DNA of 64,000 nucleotides, taken from Phallusia mammillata (lineage: Eukaryota). This document shows positions 48,430-59,979 of this stretch, in pieces. Within the stretch, counting starts at the first letter, position 1, and every line of letters starts with the position of its first letter. The DNA lies in the NCBI GenBank assembly GCA_965637545.1, contig OZ281501.1, positions 19,034,001 through 19,098,000 on the forward strand. Direction: 5' to 3'. The position numbers and the translations under genes were made by a program. A model generated the notes under the pieces. It saw only the letters and a list, made by a program, of their open reading frames with translations, was not told the origin of the DNA and ran no database searches.

Positions 48430-50549
48430 ATGTACTTGTTACCTAAGCTTGTTTTTCTCTTGACAATCATTGGTGCGTCACATTGCCATGACAACCACCG
48501 GCAAAAATATTTGGTTTGTCGGCCGCTTGACAGTTTGTTTGAGCAACAACCTTCAAGTTCTTTGAATCAGTCAACACTAAGAGGACCTCCAGGTCGGCCA
48601 GGTAAACGCGGACCTCCCGGAGATAAAGGTGACCAGGGTCAACCTGGTCCGGTTGGACCCCAACCACTGTTGAATTGGACCCGAATCGACAATCGTATAC
48701 ATGAAATAATTAATGGTAAGACTTTCAGAAACAATTAATGGTAAGACTAATGCTGTCTGTTATTGATAACATGGGAGTTTAAACTGTTGTCCGAATTCTA
48801 ATTATAGAATAGACCAGGGGTGTCAAACTCGCGGCCCGCGGGCCGCATGCGGCCCACGAAGCCCTCCAATGCGGCCCACGAACACTCAACAACAATTGCA
48901 GAATTTTGTCAGATGTTTATCTAATTATAATACATTTTTACTACTTTTCATAGTGAAAGCTATGATTTAAACAGAGTTTTACAGAAATTAAATTTATGAA
49001 TCAAAATTCATATGTTATGAATAGATACGATAGTAATTAAACCGTTCCTCAAGGCGTTAAGTTTCAGTCAAGGGCGTACAACCTGCTGTCATAATAGAAT
49101 TTCTATAAGAGTGTACCATGATCGCTGGTCTGCAACGACGCTTCAGGGATGGTTCCAGTTATTTATCAATGTCTTAACTGATTACTGGCCTATCTGGCGA
49201 TCCCCTAGTACGAAGCTGACATGTACAGAGGCAAACAACGGTGCTTGTGATTCGACTTTCGGCGTTTTTTCCACTGAGTTTGCGTAGCTCAGTTGGTAGA
49301 GCGCGAGTCCCGAAAAGACTCCTGTCGTGGGTTCGAAACCCACCGCAGGCTGGATGTTTCTTTTTTCAACAGCCGTCCGGAATTTAGGCGTAAAATCTAT
49401 GTTCTAAATTTTAGCGTCTATAGTACCCTAAACTGCGCTATACCCTATTGTGCGCAACAATCGAAAAGTATTCACTGACAAACAATTGCATATTTTACGA
49501 TTTGAACATTTGACAGAAGCTAATAACCATGTTTCTAGCGTTTGGCGCAATATCGTGCAAATAAACGTTCTTTAAAAGTCGATGTACCTCAAATTTAGCG
49601 CAGTTGCAGCAACATTGACACAAAAGACCAATAAATTCGCTACACTACCAATACCATTATTTGTAAAAGGTGAAATTTCTTTCTATTGGCAGAAAAAAGA
49701 GTGTGTACTGGAGTCGTGTACAGAGATCATTGCTACTGGCTACCGTGGATTGTTGCAACATACAGTGGTCACGGTGGAAAGTCGGCAGCTGCAAATGTTT
49801 GTAGTTCTTACGGAGCCACACTGGTTGACATAGAGACTAAAGAACAATATGATGTACTTTACAAATACATTCAGAAATCTTGGCAGATGTACGTTGATAA
49901 ACCAACATACGATTTTGTTCGAGTGTGGTTGACATCAAGTTACACGGTGAGTGTTTCATTTCTTACAAGCGGCAATTTATTTATTGTGAACAGTGTTTTT
50001 TTTAAGGTGTTTTTCAAATTTTTCCAGCGGTTTCCCAAAATTTGCCAGTAGCCTAAAAAATAATTCGTTTGAGCAAATATGGCTATTTTTTGGTATTTAA
50101 ATGAAACACTTGCGGTCTCTTGAAACTACTTAGCGGTCACTCAAACCAAACCTTAAAAAAAACCTGATTGTAAAGAAAACAATGTAAAAAAAACAATGTT
50201 AAAATTGAGGAAATACGTTATATCTGAGCCGAGTGAATGCGATAATTGTTTAACTTTTCTAATTGTTCAATTATATGTTTAGTACAAACATATTATTTCA
50301 GTAAGCCTGTTTACGAATACATAGATTAGCTGGTTTCATGTTTTGGCCAATCAACGTTGATTTGTTTAGAATGGAAATGCGGTGAGCTCCACAGGTGGGA
50401 GTGTTTACACACGATGGTATAGCGGCAACTATCCTAACAGCAACCCCGGTATCGCATGGTTTGTGGGGAAACCTACACATTTTGGATCTACCGGGATGTA
50501 CACAACTAGCGAGAGTGATTCAAGCCCTCTGCCATTCTGTTGCCTGTAA
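48430..50549 (+). CDS. Collectin-like protein paralog 5; join(48430-48715,49693-49946,50370-50549), 239 aa, short collagen, C-terminus PFCCL
   Basis: Same architecture, canonical splice sites, open frame to TAA at 50547-50549. Confidence 0.85.
48815..49070 (+). mobile_element. 5' fragment of a hAT-Charlie-like element in collectin-5 intron 1
   Basis: CAGGGGTGTCAAACTCGCGGCCCGCGGGCCGCATGCGGCCC is a typical Charlie terminus. The right end is not found; it replaces intron sequence present in the other paralogs. Confidence 0.65.
49278..49351 (+). pseudogene. tRNA-like sequence (Phe-GAA-like pseudo-tRNA or SINE head) in collectin intron 1
   Basis: A box TAGCTCAGTTGGTAGAGC; stem GAGTC/GACTC with 7-nt loop CCGAAAA; B box GTGGGTTCGAAACCCAC; acceptor GTTTGCG/CGCAGGC; oligo-T downstream. 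Decayed copies at ~3030, 3330, 15830, 27530, 33740, 34010 and on the minus strand at ~20443, 40729. Confidence 0.6.
49991..50166. mobile_element. hAT MITE in collectin-5 intron 2
   Basis: CAGTGTTTTTTTTAAGG / CCTTAAAAAAAACCTG; TSD ATTGTGAA/ATTGTAAA; absent from the other paralogs. Confidence 0.75.
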
Positions 50550-51439
50550 ATTAACTTTCAATTTGTTTTGTAGAAACATTAAAATATTTACACTTCTGCT
50601 TCTGTCACAAGTTAATTAAAACTGAAATCTTTGGTGAGCTTAATCCAAGTTGAATGATCGCACCGACAAATATCGCAATATTTTAGCTTTTAGCTTTCCG
50701 ATTCAAATGTACATATGTTTGTTTGCTATATTAATTTGTCACAGACGCTATTTTGTAAATCTTTAAAATCTTTTTCAAAATGTATTGCAACCAGCGCAGT
50801 GTCGGGTTTGACGCTGGAGTAGAAAAATATCGAGTTGGGATGTGAGGAGAAATAATAGAGTAACGATCAGCTTCCATCTAAATGAAAATTCACATTGATT
50901 TTGGTGATTTTGGTGATTTTGGTAGTTTTTTCTCGCAGCACGTTGTACAAAACTTGAAACTTGTTGTTGTTTCATTGTTAATAAATTTAATTGGGTGTTG
51001 CAAAGGTATGTTTTATGCGGTTTAAAGTGAGACCAGTAGGATCTTGGTTTGACAGCTGCAAAAGCATAAAGGCCAACATTTTATGTTGAATGAGCACAAA
51101 AAATAGATCAATGATTTTATTCTACATTAAATTCTGCTTCTGATTTTATCGTTAAAAAATATCTCACGTCTTAAGCATTAATATACGTTGAAAATACGAT
51201 CACAATATTAAATCGCAAACAAAAATTTATGGGTAACCAAGGCTGTGTCTTGAGATGCCAATAAAGATTCTTTGATCTTGTTTTGTTTTATTTAATTTTT
51301 TGTTTTATTGCTCAATATTTTAAAATATTTAACTTATTTTGTATGTCAGGTTCGGTTTCGCTTCATTTATAAACACAGATTTGAATAAGGTACCTAAGGC
51401 AAAAAGTTAATAAAAATTTATGTTTTTGCTGAAAAAAAT

Positions 51440-52228
51440 ATGTCACCGTCAACACCCAAAAAAGGAGCTGCATCACTTTCTACTAAAGTAGATTCCTTGC
51501 TACAACAAGTCTCTACAAACACCGAAGAGTTTAATGGTAAACTCAACTCAGTATTATCTGAGTTAAAAATAATTAAAGAGAGCCAACACTTTCTGTCCAA
51601 AAAATATGATTTATTGCAAAAAAAACTCAACTTAACTGAAGAAGAAATGAAATCTTTAACAAAAGAGAATACAGAGCTAAAGAAGAGCTTAAAAGAAATG
51701 CAAAAAGTTGCCGACAACAACAAACAAGCAATAAATTCACTGGAACAGTATGGTCGAAGGGACTGTCTTGAATTCAATGGCATTCCTCTTACAGAGTCTG
51801 AAAATACAGATGAAATAGTTATGGCAATTGCAAAGCAAGTTGGTGTACCCGTAAGTAAACCCGACATAAGCATTTCGCACAGGCTGCCAAACTCAAGATC
51901 ATCTAACCAAAAGGTCTCACCTACAATAATTGCCAAATTTACTAACCGAAGACTACGGGATAATATTTTCAAGAATCGGATTAAGCTCCACAATCAAGCA
52001 TCAGCTGCAACAAATAAATCAAAGATTTACATCAATGAGAGCCTAACCAAAGAAAATCGTAAACTATTTTATGCATGTCTTCAATTTGAAAAACAATCGG
52101 ACTACAAGTTTTTATGGACTAGAAATGGAACAATTCTACTCAGGAAAAATGAAACAAGCCCCACCATCAGCATCCACAGTGAAAAGGATCTTATCACACA
52201 CAACATCATCATCCCTGAAAGTACATAA
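51440..52228 (+). CDS. LINE ORF1 (coiled coil + RRM-like + CTD nucleic-acid chaperone)
   Basis: Coiled coil followed by LEQYGRRDCLEFNGIP, SHRL, IYINESLT and FLWTRNGTILLRK motifs, typical of this ORF1 class. Confidence 0.85.
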   Translation: MSPSTPKKGAASLSTKVDSLLQQVSTNTEEFNGKLNSVLSELKIIKESQHFLSKKYDLLQKKLNLTEEEMKSLTKENTELKKSLKEMQKVADNNKQAINSLEQYGRRDCLEFNGIPLTESENTDEIVMAIAKQVGVPVSKPDISISHRLPNSRSSNQKVSPTIIAKFTNRRLRDNIFKNRIKLHNQASAATNKSKIYINESLTKENRKLFYACLQFEKQSDYKFLWTRNGTILLRKNETSPTISIHSEKDLITHNIIIPEST

Positions 52229-52516
52229 AGAATCAATATCAGTATGTTTATTTATTTTTATGCTTTACATAATGTGTTCTTTAATTACTAACTTATTTCC
52301 TTTGCCTACCTATACTGTGGATATAATATACACCTATGTTTACACTAGTCCATATTCTTTAATCAGCCAAAGGTTTGTTCAAACAAACTCAACAAAAAGC
52401 TTACCTCCTTCCATAACTTGTCTGCCTTCCCATGCCTTGGGATTTAGCTACTCCCCACATAAATGGCACTTATTTCCAGTGTTTATCATTAGAACAAAAC
52501 ATTCCAACTACTTCCA

Positions 52517-55463
52517 ATGGTGAGTCATTTGGACAATGATACATTTTCCTCAGTAGCCCACAGTCAGCAATACAGTCCAGCAGAATTCAAACACCTGTTA
52601 ATAGGATCAAACCAGTTATCCCTAGTACATCTTAACACAAGAAGCCTGCACAAGAACTTGGGAAAAGTAATTGAGCTAATTCATACCATTAACTGCAAAC
52701 CGGACATTATAGCCATTTCGGAAACAAAGCTCACAGTAAACAAACATAACCTAATTAACATGCCTGGCTACAACTTCCTTGCAACTGACTCTTCCACTCA
52801 TGCTGGTGGTGTTGGCCTTTACATCAATGATTCAGTCCCATTTAATCCACGTTCTGACCTTCAATTGCACCATCCAAATACAGAAGATTTATGGGTAGAA
52901 ATCCAGGCTAATAAATCCAAACATGTCATAATAGGCGTCATTTACTCTCATCCATCCCACAATAAATATATTTCAAAATTCAATGACTACAGCCATTGAT
53001 AAAATGAACACAAACAAAGAAACATATTACATTTGTGGAGATTTTAATATTAACCTACTTAACAACACCCCTCTTACACATAACTACATTCAAAGCTTAC
53101 AAGCATCTGGAAATCATTCCCTAATTGACACTCCGACCAGATTTATGCCCAATCAACAACCATCCCTTCTTGATCATATATACACGAACAACAACCCTGC
53201 ACTGTCCCTAGCAGGCACTATAACGTTTGACATCAGCGATCACTTACCAACATTTATGCTTCTAAAAGGACACAAATCACACACCCAGACCCAAGTCTGG
53301 ATACGTAAATTTAATTTAATAGATAAAAGTCAGTTTTTAGCAGATTTAGATTTAAAATTGTCTAATCATATCAGCTCCTACCTCGATAATCCCAACAAGT
53401 TATTCTCCGAATTTAATGACATCTTCATATCAGTCCTGTATAAACATGCTCCTCTTGTTAAACTCTCTAGATCTCATCAAAAATTCTACAAAAAGCCTTG
53501 GATTACAAACAGCATTATAAAGTCCATAAAAACTAAAAACAAACTATACCGCAAAGCTATTAAAAAACGGACCATTGCGGCATATAATAAATACAAAAAA
53601 TACAATAACACATTAACTCATATAAAAAAGAACGCCAAAATCAACTATTATGCAAGTATTTTACAAAGTAACTCTGGCAACCCAAAAAAGATGTGGAAGG
53701 TAATTGGGGATATACTAAACAAAAGGAAATCATCCCCACCCATCTCTTCCATGAAAACATCAGATTCCGATCCCACCACAACTTCTCATCCCCTAACAGT
53801 TGCCAACAACTTCAACAAGTACTTTTCCACAATTGGTCTGAAGCTTGCTCAATCCATTCCAGCATCAAATCATTCACCTCTAAAATATATCACCAGCACC
53901 TTCAATCATTCCATGTACCTACACCCTATTGATAACTATGAGATGGAAAGCACAATAAACAATCTTAAAAATAACTCCTCTAAAGACACCTTCGACATTC
54001 CCTTAAATTTAATCAAAGTTAGTTGTCCAATAATATCTGCATACCTTACTGAAATCTACAACCTTTGTGTAAGTACAGGTGTATTTCCAGATGACATGAA
54101 AATTGCTAAAGTGATTCCAATTTTCAAAAGTGGGGACCATCAACTTTTCTGCAATTACAGACCAATATCAATCCTTCCACATTTCTCGAAGATATTTGAA
54201 AAACTTTTGAAAAAAAATCTAAATTCTTACCTAAATAAATTCAATATCATCACAGATAATCAAGCTGGGTTTAGAACAAGTTTCTCAACAACACTTTCGC
54301 TTCTAGAATTATACGACTACCTTTTAATGCAAAATAGTGTAAAGAAGACAACATGTGCAATATTTCTGGATCTCAAAAAAGCATTTGACACCGTTGACCA
54401 CCAAATTCTTCTTGGTAAGCTTGAAAAACATGGAATTAGAGGCATTCCATTGAAACTTCTCACTTCGTTTTTGACCGGTCGTAAACAATTTGTAATGTTA
54501 AATTCAACACAGTCTCAGTATCAGGACATTGTTTGTGGCGTCCCGCAGGGCTCAGTTCTTTCTCCAATTCTATTTCTCATTTATATAAATGACTTACCTT
54601 CCATTACCAACTTCAAAACAAACTTATTTGCGGATGACACAGCTCTCTTCATGTCCAACAAAAACGTCCAAATATTAGAGGTTGAAGTAAACCAGCAACT
54701 AAACAAAATAAGCCAATGGATGTCTTCAAACAAGCTTACCATTAATACTTTAAAAACTAATTTTATAATTTTCCCTCAAAAATCAATCTCACAAAAATGC
54801 TTTAGCGTAAGTTGTGGTCAACAGAAACTAAACCAAGTGTCCCATACTAAATACCTCGGAATGATCATAGATGACAAACTCTCTTGGAAACAACATGTTG
54901 CATACGTTGCAAAAAAGCTAGCCTCTGGGTCAGGTATGCTATTTACGCTTAAAAAATATTTGCCATCAGCTTCATTAAAGCCTGTTTATTCAGCTCCTGT
55001 CGCAAGTCATTTGACTTATGGCATTCTGAGCTGGGGCACGGCTACATCCCAAACTCTACATCATCTAAATGTTCTTCACAATAAGGCTGTCCGAAATTTA
55101 ACAAACGTATCATACAGAGAAAACCTAAATCATGTATATTCGAAAAGTCAAATTCTTAAAATTCCTGACATGTACAATTTTGAACTAGGAAAATTTATGT
55201 TCAAAGTTCACAATAAGCTACTGCCTCCTGTCTACACCTCTGCCTATACTTACATTAGTTCCATTCATAATCATATAACACGTCAGTCTGCCACTAACCA
55301 CTTTTTCATCAAACGAATGTCCTCAACAAAATCCCAGGCAGCATCTATTTACCAAGGCCCAAAATTATGGAATTCCATTCCTCATTATATAAAAAACAAC
55401 CCTCTTCGCTTGTTTAGCAAATTATACAAAAAAAGCCTTTTGGATATGTATCTGACCTGGTAA
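52517..55463 (+). CDS. LINE ORF2 (AP endonuclease + reverse transcriptase), one frameshift near 52990
   Basis: HLNTRSL, ISET, GDFN, SDH (APE); NYRPISIL, FLDLKKAFDTV, GVPQGSVLSP, FADD, KYLG (RT). Confidence 0.9.
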
Positions 55464-55975
55464 GTTTTTACATGTGTGCCATACTTCTTATCCGCATTAT
55501 TTTTCACGTTACTTTCCAATGCTGTGTACCTTTCGCTTGTATTCCTCCCGCCAGTTCCCTAGCAACCACGTGTAATGTATGATAACATTTACAAGACCAA
55601 TACAGTACATCATTTGCATTACTGTAAACTGTGCACACTGCTCTAGTTATCAAAAGACTCCTGCTGTGTGACTATCTTTTTTCCTTTTTGCCTATTTATC
55701 ATTATTTCTGTACACGGGTGGCTGACTCGATGACCTATATGGTCCCTTCGCCATCCACCAGTTGCTTGCCTATTATATTTTATTTGCATGCAATAACCGC
55801 GTACGCAACTGAAAATAAAATGATGGATGATGGATGGACAGAATTTCTTCCCCCTACGTCTAAAATCCTCATAACACAAATAAAACAGTTATTATGTTTA
55901 GGGTTGTACGGCATAACCAGGCCTAAGACGTATTACGTATAAACAAATTCCACAAAAAAGTTTTTTTAACTTTCT

Positions 55976-58900
55976 TGTGAACCACTACCTTACCGTGGTG
56001 AGAGAGTTTCCGTGCCTCCATGACCAGAAGAGCTGCACTGGCTGGAGAAATTTTCTCCTTAAGGGTCACCCATGCCAGAGAGGTCTGAAGATGAAGGCCA
56101 GACTAAAAGTGGTTCAAACCAAAACAACTGTCATGACAGCGCGACAGGAAGCAAAACACACTGCCTCGGACGTCGCGCAGCATAAAAAGGTCCGCGCTCG
56201 AGCCTTAGGCAGAGAGGCCCGTTCGAAAAGTAAGCGACATTCTCCACCTTCGGCCAGCCTTACTGGCAGCTCCACCAATGTGCTCGCTACATGTTTGGAG
56301 AGGCGGAGGGGGACAGATAAAAACTCAAGATAAAGTCGCACACTCACGAGAAAAAAACCACCAACTTTTATTTGGCAATTGTTTTCACACTCACAGGAAA
56401 AGAGTTGGAATTGGTGGAAGAAGCAAAACAAAACCATCTTGATATTGTCGGAATATTTTCTTCCAAGAAACGTGGCTCTGGAACTGTGTATTTGGACGGT
56501 GGGTGGAAGCTCTTCTATTCAGGTGCTGATCAAAGCATGTCGGCAAAGGCGGGTGTAGGCATACTCACAAGTCCTCGGTTGGCAGACTGCGTGTCGGATT
56601 GGATTCCCTTGGGGTCGCGAGTCTGCATTTTGAAGCTCAAAGTTCAAGAGCGGTCATTGTGCCTCTTACAGGTATATGCTCCTAATGCTACGAGTGAATA
56701 TCAGGCTTTTATGGATGAAGTTAACGATGCTCTTCTAAGAGTGACACCATCTGAATCCATTATCCTCATGGGCGATTTTAATGCGCACATTGGAACGGAC
56801 AATGAAACATGGAAGGGTGTGATTGGAAAACATGGAGATGCCTCGTTTAACGAGAACGGTCGGTATTTGTTGCAGCTTTGCCTCAAAGATCTTTGATAGA
56901 TTTTTACATTGTGTCGACTGACTTGTTCTCTGATGTGTTGCACGTTCGAGTCAAACGTGGTGCTGAATTGTCAACTGATCACCACCTAGTGGTATGTTCC
57001 TTACGAATTTGGAATCCTCGGCCTAACAATAAATTTTGTAAGTCAACCGTGGCATATAGGATCAAATGGGAGGCTTTGGAAGACAAAGAAGTAAGAAAGA
57101 AGTTTTCGAGCATGTTATCAAAGTTCAGACAACTTCCAGAGGTATCTGAGGACATTGAGATGGAATGGGAATCATTCAAAACAGCTATAATTTCATCTGC
57201 TGCTGAATGTTGCGGGCGAAAACGACTCAGAGTAACGGAGAACAAAAAGAAAACACCTTGGTGGATTGAGGATGTGAAACAAGTGATTCGTGCAAAGAAG
57301 GAGGTTTTTAGGGAGTTGTTGCAAAACAGGTCTTCATCTGAATTGCAATCGCGTTACTCGGTAGCGCGGAGAGCTGCCACTTTAGCAGTTAAAAAGTCCG
57401 AAGAGAAATCTTGGGAGGAGTTTGGTCGACAGTTGAATTCCAACTACACATCGGCAAACAAAGTATTTTAGCAGACCACCCGCCGTTTGCGTGGTAAGAG
57501 ATCAAATGCCACAAGCTACATCAAGGACACAGATGGAAACATCACAGTGAGGGGCGAAAGGTCGAGAGGAGGGACGGACCTTTCCAACGGTACCCTAAAT
57601 GTCGCTCTGTGCGCTAGTAAAGGCAATGCCAATTGATACACAGCAAATGGTCCAACCAGGAGACGAGGAAGTCTTCACAGCAGCCGAAGTTGCAATAGCA
57701 GTACGAGAGTTAAAATCCGGAAAGGCAGCTGGTGATGATGAAATCCGACCCGAAATGTTGAAAGCTCTGGGACGGGAAGGAATTCTGTGGTTAACACAAG
57801 TGTGTCAAGTGGCATGGAAAGTTGGTAAGACACCTAAAGACTGGCAAACGGGCGTAGTTATTCCAATTTTCAAAAAAATGCGATCGTAAGGAATGTACGA
57901 ACTAGAGGAATATCGTTGCTTAGTTTGCCAGGAAAGGTGTATGCCAAATGCCGTGAACGTAAATGCTGAGAAATAGTGGAAACAAAGCTGGAGGAGGGCC
58001 AGTGTGGTTACCGTCCCGGTCGCCGCACTACGGACCAAATCTTCACATTGAGGCAAGTTTTCGAGAAATCATGGGAATATACCAAAGACGTCTTCGCATG
58101 TTTCGTCGACCTTGAGAAGGCATTTGATCGGATTCCTCGAGAAAAGCTTTGGGGAGTACTACAGGAACATGGTATCAATGGCCTGCTGTTGCTGGCCGTT
58201 AAGTTATTGTGTTCGCGTAAACGGCAAACAATCTAAACCATTCCATGTGGGCGTTGGTCATCGTCAAGGATGTGTATTGTCACCACTTCTTTTCGTTATC
58301 TACATGAACTGAATTGACAAGTGCAGCCAAACTGATGATTGTGTCAAGATTGGAAGCTTTAAAATTAGTCGTTTGCTTTTTGCAGATGATCTGGTTTTGC
58401 TTGCTTCTACTGAATCTGGCCTCTAAACAGCTTTGCTGCTGCAAGTAACACCGCAGGGATGAAAATCAGCACAAGGAAAACTGAGGAACTCCATCTTTCC
58501 AGAAAACCTGATCAGTGTAAGTTACAAGTAGATGAAGTTTCACTGAAACAGGTGGAGAAGTTTAAATATCTTGGGGTCACATTCACAAGTGATGGGAGAC
58601 AAGACACCGAAATTAATGTCAGAACTGGGAAAGCAAGTTCTGTGATGAGAGCATTGCAGCATTCGGTTGTCATGAAGCGAGAATTGTCGAAGAAGGCGAA
58701 TATGGCGGTATTCAAAACCATCTTCATTCCCATACTCACGTATGGTCATGAGTCGTGGATAATGACCGCGAGTACAAGCATCTGAAATGAGGTTTTTGCG
58801 TAGGGTGGAAGGGGTTACTTTACTTGACAAAATACGTAGCTCCGAAATCTGCAAATCTCTGAACGTCGATCCTCTACTTCTCCGAATCGAAAGATGAGAT

Positions 58901-59148
58901 GGTTTGGCCATGTTAGCAGAATGCCTCAGGAAAGACTTCCCAAACAATCTTTGTCGGAAAGGAAGCGGCCTACTGGACTCTAACTCGATGACTCGATCAA
59001 GATGAAAGCGTGGCTTGGAATCGTTTGGGACTTCATATAAATCAAGTGAAGGTAGTGGTGAAAGACCGTGGGGTGTGGAGGCTCTTGAGCTGCTGCCTCC
59101 GCGACCCTCAGTTAAGGATTAAGCGGGACAGAAAAATGATGATGATGA
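55976..59148 (+). mobile_element. RTE-clade LINE, decayed (multiple stops and frameshifts)
   Basis: VYAPN, MGDFNAHIG, IDF, STDH (APE); GKAAGDDEI, DLEKAFD, QGCVLSPLLF, FADD, FKYLG (RT). RTE-type 5' leader and (TGA)n tail at 59136-59148. Confidence 0.85.
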
Positions 59149-59979
59149 TATGTTTTTAATATAACCTGACAAAAGACAAGTTTATTGATCTTTTATTTTC
59201 AACTACTGGCTGTTTTCGAAAGACACCGCGCGGCCGAATGGTTAGAGGCTCCGTTCCATGCTCCAAAGGTCGCGTGTTCAAATCCCTCAAAGTCCCAAAG
59301 ATTTTTTTGAAACACAGAAGTGGCAAAATTTGAAATGTTTATTATCGCTTAACGCATGATAAGTTGATGAATTAAACGTATCAATATTTTTAATTTCATG
59401 TTGGTTTTTGCGTCTGAATAACGTTACTTCAATCTTGCCCATGTAAAGCTCTTACAAACAAGCAAAGTTTTATGTTTAGAGTCTTAGGGCCGAATGCAGA
59501 AACCTGGATTATCGCTGAGCCTCGGATTATCTACGTCACGGTCTGTTGATCCGTATGCAGAAACTCGGCTTAGCGCGTGAGCCTGTCTTAACAGTGATCC
59601 GCGGATCAGGATTTTAGGTGGATTTGTAATCCTGGTAGATCGGTGATTTAGCGCTCTGAGCCGCCGATTTTTGCATTGCAATGGTTATTTCCACGTGGGC
59701 AGGGCTCAGTGGGCTGCGCTCATTTAAGTGCAAAGTTAGGTAAGGCAGACGTACACGGTTTGTATGCGTGGTCTTTCAGACGACAGGAAAAGTTTATGGC
59801 AGTTTGATGTGGTGGCATTTAAAATGGAAAACATTAGTTTTTAATATTATTTTCTATTTTGTTTAAAACAAGTTTTATTTTTTTAGAAAAATCTATTTAT
59901 TTAATCATTATCAATTTATTTAATCTGCCTTTTATAAATCATTTTTTCAAATCCACATCGGCATCACCAACGTTTTGTC

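Larger units (their letters stand above)
51230..55840 (+). mobile_element. Near full-length non-LTR retrotransposon, CR1/L2 group (Crack/Daphne-like)
   Basis: ORF1 plus APE-RT ORF2; 3' end AATAAAA followed by a GATG/GGAT-repeat tail. Interrupts the collectin-5 3' flank. Confidence 0.85.

Noticed and set aside
51418-51993. 191-aa minus-strand ORF
   Set aside because: Antisense shadow of LINE ORF1.
52983-58785. Reverse transcriptases next to variable C-type lectin domains as a diversity-generating retroelement
   Set aside because: Both RTs are ordinary APE-containing LINE ORF2s. There is no template/variable repeat pair and no adenine-restricted variation; the variants are whole intron-containing gene duplicates.
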